Shown here: piece after piece, positions 38,550 through 49,043 of the stretch
How the letters are laid out: each line of letters begins with the position of its first letter
Numbering within the stretch: the stretch's first letter is position 1
Assembly: GCA_013298845.1 (NCBI GenBank)
Contig: JAAFJN010000008.1
Location: 67,823 to 131,822 of the forward strand
DNA from: Chitinophagales bacterium
GTDB lineage: Bacteria > Bacteroidota > Bacteroidia > Chitinophagales > Saprospiraceae
DNA length: 64,000 nucleotides
Reading direction: 5' to 3'
Position numbers and translations under genes: made by a program
The notes under the pieces: generated by a model
Seen by the model: only the letters and a program-made list of their open reading frames with translations
The model's database searches: none
What the model was told of the DNA's origin: nothing

Positions 38550-39533
38550 ATGGGACGCAAAGAAAAGTTTGTTTACAACATTCACACGCTCACTTATGAA
38601 AAAGTTGTAATACCATTTAAAACAAGGATCTGGCAGGCATTCGGCTTTTTTTCCGTTGTTTTAGTTACAGCAATTGCATTGCTGGCGGTGTTATATACTT
38701 ACTTCCCCTCTCCACGAGAAAAAGAATTGCTTCGTGAGATTGACCAAATGAGTTATAAATACGAGCAATTAAATGGCCAACTTGACATGATGTCCAAGGT
38801 ATTGGCTAATATTCAGGAACGCGATGCAAATGTTCACCGGGCCGTTTTTGGCATGAACCCGATGGATCAGGATGTTTGGAAAGCCGGTGTTGGTGGTCAC
38901 AATCCCCACCCCGAACTATCGGCCTTTAAATACAGTGGTCAGGCCATTCGTTCCACGCTCGAAAAAATGGACGCACTCGGCCTCCAACTTTCCCTTCAAA
39001 GCAAATCATTGGATACCATTCAGCAGTTGGCCAACAGTCAACAACAAATGCTGGCCTCTATTCCAAGTATTAAACCGGTTCGCGAAGATAAATTGCAAAA
39101 AAGCATGAACGTGCTTTCTGGTTTTGGTTACCGTATTCACCCCGTTTATAAGGTTAAAAAATTCCACCAGGGCGTTGACTTCCCGGCGCGTATCGGTACT
39201 GCCATTCAGGCCACCGGCGACGGGGTAGTAGCCGAAGCAAGTTGGCACTCTGGTTACGGCCAATGTGTCCGCATCAGCCACGGTTACGGTTACGAAACCT
39301 GGTATGCACACATGAACCGCTTTAACGTTCGGGTGGGTGAAAAGGTGAAAAAAGGTCAAAAAATTGGTGAAGTAGGTGATACGGGTTTATCCACGGCACC
39401 GCACTTGCACTACGAGATTCACCACCGCGGCGTACCCATCAACCCCATCAATTTCTGCATGGATAAGTTGACCCCGGTGGAGTATCAGTCATTGGTAAAC
39501 AGTGCCAATACGGCCAACCAATCTTTAGATTAA
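38550..39533 (+). CDS. M23 family metallopeptidase
   Basis: N-terminal TM/coiled coil; LytM/M23 motifs HQGVDF ... HLHYEIHH. Confidence 0.85.
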   Translation: MGRKEKFVYNIHTLTYEKVVIPFKTRIWQAFGFFSVVLVTAIALLAVLYTYFPSPREKELLREIDQMSYKYEQLNGQLDMMSKVLANIQERDANVHRAVFGMNPMDQDVWKAGVGGHNPHPELSAFKYSGQAIRSTLEKMDALGLQLSLQSKSLDTIQQLANSQQQMLASIPSIKPVREDKLQKSMNVLSGFGYRIHPVYKVKKFHQGVDFPARIGTAIQATGDGVVAEASWHSGYGQCVRISHGYGYETWYAHMNRFNVRVGEKVKKGQKIGEVGDTGLSTAPHLHYEIHHRGVPINPINFCMDKLTPVEYQSLVNSANTANQSLD

Positions 39534-39804
39534 GTCTTTAAGTTCTAACATAATAAACAGTAGGAAAAAACAACGTTTTTGGAAAGGCTCTCCGTAAGGA
39601 AAGCCTTTTTTTTGTGCAATGTTGTAAGTTAATGCACCGGCATATCTGCTATTTCAACATTAGTGCGATATTTGCGCTTTACCACCGTAAAGGCCAACAC
39701 TCTTCAAATTTTTACAGTTTTTCACTTTCACTTGGGTACCAACTACACACCGGCAACACTATATCAAATACGTTGTGGTTGCAGCCCGGGTAACCTAATT
39801 AATC

Positions 39805-40389
39805 ATGACAGCCAATACAAGCGATCAAGATTTGGTGCAGCAAATTCGGGGGACAACGGCCGAGCGTGACGCGGCCCTGAAGTTATTTTTTCAGGACAAA
39901 GCCCTACGCACCATCGTTGTTCAATACGCCTTGGCCAACGGTGGCTCCGAACACGATGGCAAAGACCTTTTTCAGGATACCGTTGTGCTGTTTGACCGAA
40001 ATATCCGGGCGGATAAATTCAACGGACAAAGTAGTTTACGCACGTATTTTGTTTCTATTGCCAAGTGGCATTGGGTGAATTTACGTCGGAAAAAACACAA
40101 TTACCACGAAGAACTGCCCCAAAATAGCCATTGGAACACCGAAGACGGCCCCGAAATATTGTACCTGGAGGAAGAGCGCAAATCTATCCTCGAACGCGCA
40201 TTGGCAACGGTGGGCGGGCGTTGTATAGGGTTACTGAACTTGTATAAATTGTCGTATTCGATGGAAGAAATTGCCCAAAATATGGGTTTAAGCAGCGCCG
40301 ATATGGCCAAAAAAGAAGTGTATCGCTGCCGGGAACGCCTGCGCAATTATCTGCAAAGCCAACCGGAAATTTTAAATACGTTACGTTAA
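39805..40389 (+). CDS. RNA polymerase sigma-70 family factor (ECF-like)
   Basis: Region 2-like FQDTVVLF and C-terminal region 4 HTH (MEEIAQNMGLSSADMAKKEVYRCRERL). Confidence 0.7.
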   Translation: MTANTSDQDLVQQIRGTTAERDAALKLFFQDKALRTIVVQYALANGGSEHDGKDLFQDTVVLFDRNIRADKFNGQSSLRTYFVSIAKWHWVNLRRKKHNYHEELPQNSHWNTEDGPEILYLEEERKSILERALATVGGRCIGLLNLYKLSYSMEEIAQNMGLSSADMAKKEVYRCRERLRNYLQSQPEILNTLR

Positions 40390-40390
40390 T

Positions 40391-41257
40391 ATGGAGGACA
40401 ACTACAGTTTGATTGAACAATACCTGCTGGGAAAACTCAACCCGACGGAGCAAAAAAACTTCGAGGAGCGCTTGCAACGCGAACCGGAACTGGCGCGGGC
40501 GTTCCGCCTCCAACAACTCGAACACGATGCTTTGGACCTGATGCTCGAACGTGACCTGCGCCACAAAATGACGCAATGGGACGACGACGAAGCAGGTGCC
40601 AAAGAACAGCCGCTAAAACGGCCGTTTTGGCCACTGGTGGCGGGTATTGCGCTGTTGCTGCTATTGATAACGGGCATTTATTGGTTGACGCGACCGGCCC
40701 AACCCGCGCCCTCCACGCCAACGGAAGTCCCAACGGTACCACCAACGGCACCCAAAGAAATACCCATGGCCAGTACGGATACCCCCGCTGCACCTTTGCC
40801 GCCAACGCCCAACCGGCCAACCACTGCCACAAACGATCAGCGCTTAATGGCCCTGGTCGAAAGTAACTACCGCGATGATATGATTCGCGCCCAATTGCGC
40901 GGTAATAACCCGGGACTGGACAGCCTGAACGCGTGGTACAACCAGCAGCAATTCAACAAAGTAATTGCCGCTACGGCCATTATCGCCAGTACAGAAGACA
41001 ATTATTTGCGCCAATTGGAATTGCGGGCGCACGCATTTTTTCATTTAAAAAAGTACAAAAACGCCGCGCAGATTTTTGAACAATTGGCCAATAGCAACAA
41101 AGAACCCTTTGCCGAACGCAGCGACTGGTATTACTTACTCGCTTTAGCCGCCCAGGGTGATGCCGCCAAAACCCAATTATTGGTCCAAAATAAAAAAATA
41201 CTGGCCGCGCCCGACCACGCATTTTACAAGGATGTTGTGCGGTTGAATTTGAAATAA
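40391..41257 (+). CDS. putative membrane-anchored anti-sigma/TPR-like protein
   Basis: 1-nt gap after the sigma gene, single TM (WPLVAGIALLLLLITGIYWL), Pro/Thr-rich linker, TPR-like C-terminus. Confidence 0.45.
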   Translation: MEDNYSLIEQYLLGKLNPTEQKNFEERLQREPELARAFRLQQLEHDALDLMLERDLRHKMTQWDDDEAGAKEQPLKRPFWPLVAGIALLLLLITGIYWLTRPAQPAPSTPTEVPTVPPTAPKEIPMASTDTPAAPLPPTPNRPTTATNDQRLMALVESNYRDDMIRAQLRGNNPGLDSLNAWYNQQQFNKVIAATAIIASTEDNYLRQLELRAHAFFHLKKYKNAAQIFEQLANSNKEPFAERSDWYYLLALAAQGDAAKTQLLVQNKKILAAPDHAFYKDVVRLNLK

Positions 41258-41407
41258 TATCCGCTGAAGCAGCAGTTTGCCCTTTGTCCGCACCGTATGC
41301 AGCAGGACAAAGACGCAATACTGTTTTTTTGACCACAATACTGTAACCAACCACCCTAATATATATCTATACCCCAACCGGGTATAGCCCAACCTTTTTT
41401 ACCTACT

Positions 41408-44041
41408 ATGAAGCAATACCTGTTCGTGATATTTACCCTGTTAGCGTTGTTGAACGCCAACGCACAAACGCCGTTTTGCACCGAAAAAACGGCCCAAAGT
41501 CGCCTTTTTTTAAAAAACGACAGCCCCATCGAAGCCCTCCAAGGGGTCGAAGATGCCCTTCGGCAATGTCCCCAATACCCAGAGGCCCACTACCTGAAAG
41601 GGGAAATTTTGGGGGCCTTGATCCGGCACGAAGAAGCAATTACGGCTTTTTTGAACGCTGCCGAACTGTTGCGCCAACAAAATAACAACGACAGTCTTTT
41701 GGTCGAAGCCTTGCACAAGGCCGCCCGGAGTTGTATCCGCACCAGTCAATACACCAAGGGACTCGCCGCCATTGACGAAGCGATTCAACGGCAAGAGCAA
41801 CGCACCGGCCCGTACAACACGGCGTTTGTCAACCTGCTGATGACCAAAAGTATTTTGGCCATCAACGCACCGGATACCGACCCGGCTCCGATTATCCGGT
41901 ACGCGGGGCAATGCCTGAGCCAGATACAAAACCCAAACCCCAAAACACTGGTGGACTACCACCTCAGCATCGGGCTTATGATGATTGACCGTGGCACGGA
42001 TCAGGCCAACGATTCACCATTACAACGCGTGTACTATGCACAGGGGGATTCGGCGTTTCAAAACGCGTTGGCGGTGCGCTCACCCGACCCCGTACAGGAA
42101 CGCAACCTGCGGGGTGCCGTGCATTTTTCCATCGGAGAAAGTTATCAGTTGCGCAAGCAGTATGATTTGGCCGAACAACATTTCCGGCAATCCATGAAAT
42201 TGCTGGATCAGGCCACGGGCACATACATCGAAACGCGCAACTGGAGTTTTACCTGCCTCGTTCGGAACATGTACCCACAGGGGAAATACCGGGAATGTAT
42301 TGCGCTGGCCGATAGTTTACTCGCGACGATTCACTACCGGCCCGGACGCCTCGACACCTGCCCTTACCTCGGCCAGGCGATGGGGGTATTGGAGCGCAAA
42401 CTCATGGCGATGTATCAATTGTGCTTGTTGGAAAACAGCCCGCAGCGCTGCGCCGAGGCACTTCAACTCTGCCAGGAAGCGCTCGACCTGATTGATTACC
42501 GAATCTCCAAAACCGAACGCAATTTGCTCAAATACCGCGAAGTGGAGAAAGCCGCCAACATGTACGATGTCATTGCAAACATTCTTTTTTTGGACAAAAG
42601 TGATGCCTCGTTGCAGTTGTTGTTTCAAATATCTGAACGCAATAAAAACTATTTGCTCAACCACGCGCAAATTGAACGTAGCGCCATGCAATTGGCCAAT
42701 ATCCCGCCTGAATTGGTTAAAAGAGAGGAAAACTGGCGCAAAGATATTCACCAAAAAGAAAAAGAACTAACGCAGGAATACCGTACCGATACCACCGAAA
42801 ACGAAAAAAAACAGCTATTGTACAGAGATTTGGCCACTTTATACCACCGCTACGACTCCCTCAAAGCCAATATTCGAAGCCAGTTTCCGGAATACTTTGA
42901 TTATTTGTTGAATAAAAACATCATTACCATTGCCGACGTGCAGCAACAATTGCGACCAGAGCAAACGATGCTCGAATATTTTATTACCAAGGAGTTTCTT
43001 TACGTTTTTGTGATTAACCGCGACGCTTACGAGGTGCACCGGGTAGCGTATAATTCCAACCTGCAAACCCTGATCCGGCAGTTTCACCAAAGCGTGTACC
43101 GCCCGTACACCGATGCCACCCGCGATGATTTGTACCAGGAATGCGCCGATTTGTTTAGCCAGGCCGGGCACCAATTGTACCTCCAATTATTGGCACCTTA
43201 CCGCGACCGGCTGGGCAAAGACTTGCTCATTATCCCCGATGGTCTCCTGAATTTTGTGTCGTTCGAAGCCCTGTTGACCGAACCGGCGACGAAAAGCACT
43301 CGTTTTGGCCAGCACGCTTACCTGATCCGGCAGTTTACGGTGAGTTATGCTTACTCGGCCACCTTACTCCGCAGCAACCAACAAAAGGAAGTGAGTAAAA
43401 ACGGCATTCCTTTTTTGGGAATAGCACCTTCGTTCCCCGGAAATATTACACCAATGAGCGGCAACCGGCAAGGCATAAAACCATTGCTGCACAATACCGC
43501 CGAAGTGACCGAAATCCAGTCTATTATGGGTGGCGAAATTGTGGCCGGGGCGCATGCGACCAAGGCGAAATTTATGGATATAGCGCACCGCTATCAGGTG
43601 ATTCACCTCGCTACCCACGCCGAATCGATGGATAAAATTGGCGATTACGCTTTTTTGGCATTTACCCCCGTGGGCGGCCTGGACAGTTTGCGCCTTTTTT
43701 CCAAAGAAATTTATAACCTCTCGTTGCACGCCAACATGGTGGTCCTCAGTGCCTGCCAAACGGGCATTGGGGAGTTGAAACGCGGCGAAGGGGTGATCAG
43801 TTTGGCCCGGGCCTTTATGTACGCGGGGGCCAAAAGTATCATCACTACCCTGTGGAGCGTAGATGACCACAAAACCAAAGAACTGATGGTGGATTTTTAC
43901 CAACAACTCAAAAAAGGCCAGCCCAAAGACCACGCCCTGCGCAACGCCAAACTCCATTATTTGCAACGCCACAACGGCGAGGAAGCACACCCTTTTTATT
44001 GGGCTGGTTTTATTGGACTGGGAGATATGACGGCTTTTTAA
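41408..44041 (+). CDS. CHAT domain-containing protein with N-terminal TPR repeats (caspase-like protease fold)
   Basis: Signal peptide; TPR region; C-terminal CHAT catalytic dyad context HLATHAE ... VVLSACQTG. Confidence 0.75.
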   Translation: MKQYLFVIFTLLALLNANAQTPFCTEKTAQSRLFLKNDSPIEALQGVEDALRQCPQYPEAHYLKGEILGALIRHEEAITAFLNAAELLRQQNNNDSLLVEALHKAARSCIRTSQYTKGLAAIDEAIQRQEQRTGPYNTAFVNLLMTKSILAINAPDTDPAPIIRYAGQCLSQIQNPNPKTLVDYHLSIGLMMIDRGTDQANDSPLQRVYYAQGDSAFQNALAVRSPDPVQERNLRGAVHFSIGESYQLRKQYDLAEQHFRQSMKLLDQATGTYIETRNWSFTCLVRNMYPQGKYRECIALADSLLATIHYRPGRLDTCPYLGQAMGVLERKLMAMYQLCLLENSPQRCAEALQLCQEALDLIDYRISKTERNLLKYREVEKAANMYDVIANILFLDKSDASLQLLFQISERNKNYLLNHAQIERSAMQLANIPPELVKREENWRKDIHQKEKELTQEYRTDTTENEKKQLLYRDLATLYHRYDSLKANIRSQFPEYFDYLLNKNIITIADVQQQLRPEQTMLEYFITKEFLYVFVINRDAYEVHRVAYNSNLQTLIRQFHQSVYRPYTDATRDDLYQECADLFSQAGHQLYLQLLAPYRDRLGKDLLIIPDGLLNFVSFEALLTEPATKSTRFGQHAYLIRQFTVSYAYSATLLRSNQQKEVSKNGIPFLGIAPSFPGNITPMSGNRQGIKPLLHNTAEVTEIQSIMGGEIVAGAHATKAKFMDIAHRYQVIHLATHAESMDKIGDYAFLAFTPVGGLDSLRLFSKEIYNLSLHANMVVLSACQTGIGELKRGEGVISLARAFMYAGAKSIITTLWSVDDHKTKELMVDFYQQLKKGQPKDHALRNAKLHYLQRHNGEEAHPFYWAGFIGLGDMTAF

Positions 44042-44138
44042 AAAAATTAACCGCGCCGTGGGTACCTTCTAATTTGCCGCAACACTATACTTCAACTAAT
44101 TTATATACCACATTACCAACCACACCAACATTTAGCGT

Positions 44139-45356
44139 ATGAAAAAGTACTTTTTTGCAATGGCTTTGTGCATCAGCCAATTATTGGGCGCACAAAACAC
44201 GTTTCCCGAACCCACCCGGTATATTTCGCAACAGACTTATACTTCCGGCTCGCCATTGACCAATTTCGAGCGTTGTTTTTATTTCCGACTGCCCAACGGT
44301 TTGGTGGACCAGTTCCAAACTGATCTTTGGGACGGGCAACAATTTAACCTCGACAATACCCGATTTTTTACCTACGATGCCAATGGTAACATCACTGCGA
44401 CCGTGAACCGGAAATGGGATGCCACCAACGGCTACACCGATATTGCGCGGGAGGCCAACACCTATGATGCTAATGGCAACCGCTTGTCGGAGTCTTCAGA
44501 ACGGCTAAACACCAACACCAACCAATGGGAAGTAGACCGCACGGTCACTAATACTTATTCGGCCACCAACAAAGTGCTGGAACGCACCACTTTGATCTAT
44601 TCTAACGGCCAAACTTTTGGGAATCGAAGCATTTACACCTACGATTCTGATGATCGTGAAGCAACGCTCACTTACCAAAACTACAGCAATAACGCCTGGG
44701 CCAACCAGCAGCGCAATACCTATTTTTACAACGATGCCGACACTAAAGTAGATGTACTGTTTCTGGATACCTGGTCGGCCGCGGCCAACGATTGGGTGCC
44801 CGCTAACCGCACTTCGTACAACTACCAGCCTGCGGTCACCACGGCATTTACCGAAATTTTTAACAATGGTACATGGTCGAATTACAGTTCAATCACCACC
44901 AATTACAACGCCAACAACCAGGTCACGGCGTATCTGGTATCGTTGTACACACCGCAGGGTTTAGGCCCCAACAGCGGTTATGAGATTGATTACAACCCGG
45001 ATAATTCGCTGCACCAATTCCGTTACTATTACAAAGATTTTGCCTCCAACGTGTATTTTCAATCGTTGCAAATTGACTACGATTACGGCACGTACAGCGG
45101 CACGCGTTGGGCCGATTTGGAGACCAAAATCGAGGTGTATCCCAACCCGGTCACCAACTTTTTGCGCATCGAAGCCACCGACAACACGGACGAAATGACT
45201 TATACCGTGCTCAATACCCGGGGGCAACTGGTAGCGCAAGGCTCGGTCAACGGCGGCGTTGGCACCCTCGATTGCCACGATTACCCCACCGGTGCCTACT
45301 TCCTGACGCTGCACCAAAATGGCCGTTACAAAACGGTGCCGTTTGTTAAAAACTAA
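44139..45356 (+). CDS. T9SS C-terminal target domain-containing secreted protein
   Basis: Signal peptide; N/T/Y-rich repeats; T9SS tail (…GAYFLTLHQNGRYKTVPFVKN). Confidence 0.6.
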   Translation: MKKYFFAMALCISQLLGAQNTFPEPTRYISQQTYTSGSPLTNFERCFYFRLPNGLVDQFQTDLWDGQQFNLDNTRFFTYDANGNITATVNRKWDATNGYTDIAREANTYDANGNRLSESSERLNTNTNQWEVDRTVTNTYSATNKVLERTTLIYSNGQTFGNRSIYTYDSDDREATLTYQNYSNNAWANQQRNTYFYNDADTKVDVLFLDTWSAAANDWVPANRTSYNYQPAVTTAFTEIFNNGTWSNYSSITTNYNANNQVTAYLVSLYTPQGLGPNSGYEIDYNPDNSLHQFRYYYKDFASNVYFQSLQIDYDYGTYSGTRWADLETKIEVYPNPVTNFLRIEATDNTDEMTYTVLNTRGQLVAQGSVNGGVGTLDCHDYPTGAYFLTLHQNGRYKTVPFVKN

Positions 45357-45433
45357 GAGCGTGCCCGGGATTCATTTTAAGAATACTGAATAAGTTTTAG
45401 TGTAAAAAATTTCACCAATAAAAAACACCAACC

Positions 45434-45982
45434 ATGAGAGTATTATTAATTTTTATTTCAACAATTATCTTGTCTAACAACCCAGGGCTTTCTCAATCTA
45501 CCAAAGATTTTTTTCAAATTAATGGAGAAAAAATCGTTGTTTTTCAGAAAAAAGAAAAATCGTTGGAGGTTAATATAAATGCTAATTTCCTGAAAATTCT
45601 TGGAAAAGATAGTACGAACTATTTTATGGAAGAAATGACTTTTAATAAAGATCTTTTAGCCAAAGGGAAGATTCTATTTAATCTTCCAAAAGGTCATAAA
45701 TTGTATTACCTGCCATTTGACGGTATGGAGCCTGTTTTTATAACTGGAGAAGAAGGTGCCGGAGGTATTGCTTGTGTTTGTTATAAGAAATGTGGAGATG
45801 GCTACTGTCCAGCAGCAGGAACAGGATGCCAATCAAATTGTAGCTGCGGACCTTGTCGTTCTTCTGTATATGGAGGACCCTACACCAATAATGCAATGAA
45901 TACACCTTTTGCCAGAATAGGAAGCCGAGGGTTATTCTTTACTTCTGACTTAGAAATAGTTTTTAAAACCAAAAAAATGTGA
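45434..45982 (+). CDS. small Cys-rich secreted hypothetical protein encoded in a low-GC stretch
   Basis: Signal peptide; C-terminal CVCYKKCGDGYCPAAGTGCQSNCSCGPC cluster; local GC clearly below flanks. Confidence 0.45.
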   Translation: MRVLLIFISTIILSNNPGLSQSTKDFFQINGEKIVVFQKKEKSLEVNINANFLKILGKDSTNYFMEEMTFNKDLLAKGKILFNLPKGHKLYYLPFDGMEPVFITGEEGAGGIACVCYKKCGDGYCPAAGTGCQSNCSCGPCRSSVYGGPYTNNAMNTPFARIGSRGLFFTSDLEIVFKTKKM

Positions 45983-46062
45983 TATTACAAAGCAAATCTT
46001 GCAATTTCTTCTGATTTGTCTATTCACTATTTTTAACTCAAATAATCTACTCTGTTATACCG

Positions 46063-46110
46063 CCCCGCCCGGACTCTCCCCGAGGCGGGGCATTTTATTT
46101 CCTTACTCGC
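46063..46110 (+). terminator. rho-independent terminator
   Basis: GCCCCGCC ... GGCGGGGC hairpin followed by ATTTTATTT. Confidence 0.55.
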
Positions 46111-47461
46111 AAGTACAAAAAGCATCCGTTACGCGAATGGCCGAAAACGTTAAAGCACCGCTGGGCTGAGAAGGCGGTGTACAAATAACAAAAGAGCCAG
46201 TATTCCCCGAAAAACTCTGGGTGAGGTTGCTCACAATTACACTATTGAATAGTACTTGCCCCTCCAAATTGAACGGCGGGGTCCCGGTGAACGTCGCCTG
46301 GAGGGTTTCGCAATCACCGGCGCAGGCCGAGGACGTTGTACTCGTGAATGTCACAGTGGGCAAGGGCTGCCACACCACGGGCGTAAAATCGGAAAAATCG
46401 AGGCAAGGATCACTCAAATTAACGTTACCACCCGCGTTATTGCCCGCTACGGTACCCAGATAATAGGTTACGCCCGGCGTAAAAAGCCCGGCGTTGTACG
46501 CGATAGTGGCAGAGTTCCCACTAACCAATATACTACCCGCCGGATTGGCCGGGTCACTCACCACCACGTATTGAAGCAGATCGTTGGCATCCAGCGAAGC
46601 ATTGTTGTTGTACGGTACAGTAACGGAGGCGGGAATACAACGGGTAATTGGTGTATTGTTTACGGTACCCGCGTTGGTTGCGCAACCACAAGGCGGCGGT
46701 TCTGGCGCTCCCGGCGGCACCTGATGAAAAGAAATAAACACGGGCGACCCCGCCGGTAACGAACAAACAACCGTAAAATCACCCACGGTCGGGTTGAATT
46801 GCCCATAAATCGGTACCCCAAAATTATCCCCCAGAAAAAATCCGCCGTCGGCCGTGGGCAGGTCATTGTTTAAATTGGTGCCCAGCAGTATCGAAGCCCC
46901 CGGATTGGCAGTATTAATTTGCCACACCGAACCACCAAACGAAAGCCCGTACAATTGCCCGCCGAAATAAAACATATCGGTCATGGCGGTTACCCCCGGC
47001 GGAAAAGTGCCGATCAGGGTAAGCGCATTGGTCGCCGGATTAAAAGTGTACAAATTAGCGGGCGAATTATTGCCAGCCATATAAATAACCCCCGCCGGGC
47101 TAATGGCCGAACCCAATATACTGGATACCGCAACCACCGATACCGGATTGGGATTGGGAGGATTGTACGTGATAATTTGAGAACCGGTAGTAATGACTAT
47201 ATTTCCGTTGGGTAACACCAGAAAATCGCCATTGGTGAACAGTGCCGACGGATCAAGGCCATTGAGCGGCCCTACGGCGCAGGCCGTGCAACTATTGGCC
47301 GAAAAAGTAAATAATTGGCCGGTATTAGTAAGTCCGTAATACACCTGAGCGTTGATACCCGTCGTTTGAAAAAGCACCATTGCCCATACGATAACGCCAT
47401 ACCACGGCCGGCAGAAACCAATTTCGATTATCTTTTTTAATGTCGTTAGCCTTGTATTCAT
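46103..47461 (-). CDS. hypothetical secreted beta-rich protein (possible gliding/T9SS-associated C-terminal domain)
   Basis: Signal peptide; repetitive G/N/T-rich beta-strand pattern; Cys-containing C-terminus. Confidence 0.5.
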   Translation of the reverse strand: MNTRLTTLKKIIEIGFCRPWYGVIVWAMVLFQTTGINAQVYYGLTNTGQLFTFSANSCTACAVGPLNGLDPSALFTNGDFLVLPNGNIVITTGSQIITYNPPNPNPVSVVAVSSILGSAISPAGVIYMAGNNSPANLYTFNPATNALTLIGTFPPGVTAMTDMFYFGGQLYGLSFGGSVWQINTANPGASILLGTNLNNDLPTADGGFFLGDNFGVPIYGQFNPTVGDFTVVCSLPAGSPVFISFHQVPPGAPEPPPCGCATNAGTVNNTPITRCIPASVTVPYNNNASLDANDLLQYVVVSDPANPAGSILVSGNSATIAYNAGLFTPGVTYYLGTVAGNNAGGNVNLSDPCLDFSDFTPVVWQPLPTVTFTSTTSSACAGDCETLQATFTGTPPFNLEGQVLFNSVIVSNLTQSFSGNTGSFVICTPPSQPSGALTFSAIRVTDAFCTCE

Positions 47462-47553
47462 GCACCTAAAAACCCGCCAGCGCGGCGATAGTTGGCCGAA
47501 AAACCATTTATTTCTATGGTTGGCTATTTTTTATCAAATTTAAATGGCTTGCC

Positions 47554-48648
47554 CTACTTCACAAACAACTGCTTCAACTGATCTACCACTTGCCCGCCGC
47601 CGGACAAGGTGATGGTATGGATTTTTTCGGCAATTTTTTCCACGTATTCCATCTCTTTCAATTTCAGCAACATGGTATTGTCTTCCATCAGTTTGGCAGT
47701 GTTCAACAGGCTGCGGGTAGAAGCGGTTTCTTCGCGGCGCATGATGACATTGGCTTGAGCGCGTTTTTCGGCGATCAAAACCTGGTTCATAATGTCTTTC
47801 ACCTCACCCGGCAAAATGATGTCTTTTACCCCAAAATCGGTCAAATCTACCCCCAATTCGGCGGCTTTTACCTTTTCGGCTGCCAAGACCTGTACGGCGA
47901 TCTGCTCTTTGTTTTCCATCAATTCGTCAAAACTCATTTGACCAACAATGGCGCGCAGGGCCATTTGCATCCGAATGTACAATTGCTTGTCGAAGTCTTT
48001 GTTATCCACCAGGGCTTTTACAAGATCAACCACCCGGTACTGCACGGTGAAATTAATGCGCAATTGTGCTTTATCTTTGGTCAACACTTCCTGTCCGGGT
48101 ATATCAATGGCCATTTGACGCATATCGGTTTTAGCAACGACGACCAGATCGCTGTTTTTCCACAAAAAATGGTTACCGGCTCCCAAAGTGCGTACAATGA
48201 CACCGTTCACCATCAGAACACCCTGATCAAAGGATTCCAGGCGGAAAAGGCGGATAAATGGGTTCAACAGCCCCTTTTCCAACAGGTTTTTATCAATATT
48301 GTCGCCAATATACAGGTCATTCAGGTTGGCTTTGACCACATTAAACTGGTCAATTCCTTTCCAGAAGGCAAATTTTCCGGCGCTCAAGACCTGGTTGTAG
48401 TTGCCGTTTTTGTACAACAACCCGATCTCAAAATCGGCAATTTCAACGACATCTAAAAGGGCCGCCAATGCTTCGTGTTGCAACAGCACGTTCAGTTCTT
48501 GCTTGGGCAAAAACCAGTTTTTCATGTTGAATATTTCTACCGTACGACCGAACCCAACCCAGTGTTTACCGGTAGTGAGCACTTGTACCAAATTTTCATT
48601 TTTGAAAACCAACCCTACGTGGTTGTCGGCGATGTTGATGTATTTCAT
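47554..48648 (-). CDS. SPFH/band 7 (stomatin/flotillin-like) domain protein
   Basis: Duplicated SPFH-like segments and coiled-coil C-terminus (AEKRAQANVIMRREETAS). Confidence 0.7.
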   Translation of the reverse strand: MKYINIADNHVGLVFKNENLVQVLTTGKHWVGFGRTVEIFNMKNWFLPKQELNVLLQHEALAALLDVVEIADFEIGLLYKNGNYNQVLSAGKFAFWKGIDQFNVVKANLNDLYIGDNIDKNLLEKGLLNPFIRLFRLESFDQGVLMVNGVIVRTLGAGNHFLWKNSDLVVVAKTDMRQMAIDIPGQEVLTKDKAQLRINFTVQYRVVDLVKALVDNKDFDKQLYIRMQMALRAIVGQMSFDELMENKEQIAVQVLAAEKVKAAELGVDLTDFGVKDIILPGEVKDIMNQVLIAEKRAQANVIMRREETASTRSLLNTAKLMEDNTMLLKLKEMEYVEKIAEKIHTITLSGGGQVVDQLKQLFVK

Positions 48649-48921
48649 TGTATTTTTATTGTTTTAACGTTTTTGAAAAGAACATTGCCCAATCGGCCCA
48701 TTGGCGGCCAACGGAAGCGTTCGGGCCATTCGGCAGGACGCTGATCTTTCAACACCGGAAATTTATCTCCGGTAATTGTCCCTTCAGTGCTGTGCCGAGC
48801 GGATGAAACGCCTGCAAAGTCAATCGTCAATTGCTGCCAAAGCAGCGGAGCCGATGAGCAATGTCCGGCGGGCCATTTGAAAAGTTGCCCTTCTTTTTGA
48901 GAATTGGATCCTAAATCCAGT

Positions 48922-49043
48922 GCATTTACCAATTATGCTATCCGAGCGTGTCGGAGCGGGAGTCGAACCCACGTAACCAATTACAACGTTCTGCCACTGA
49001 ACTATACCACTTTCTTAGAGCGGTAGCGGGAATCGAACCCACG
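48922..49043 (-). ncRNA. two tandem tRNA-like modules with circularly permuted order (T-arm, acceptor-like hairpin, D-arm), Y-RNA(YrlA)-like
   Basis: Minus-strand module X: T-arm GTGGG-TTCGATT-CCCGC (49043-49026), hairpin TACCGCT/CTAAGAA/AGTGGTA, TA, D-arm GTTC-AGTGGCA-GAAC (49002-48988). Module Y: T-arm GTGGG-TTCGACT-CCCGC (48972-48956), hairpin TCCGA/CACGC/TCGGA, TA, D-arm GCAT-AATTGGTAA-ATGC (48938-48922). No pairing consistent with a canonical cloverleaf; 690-bp ORF-free region. Confidence 0.5.
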
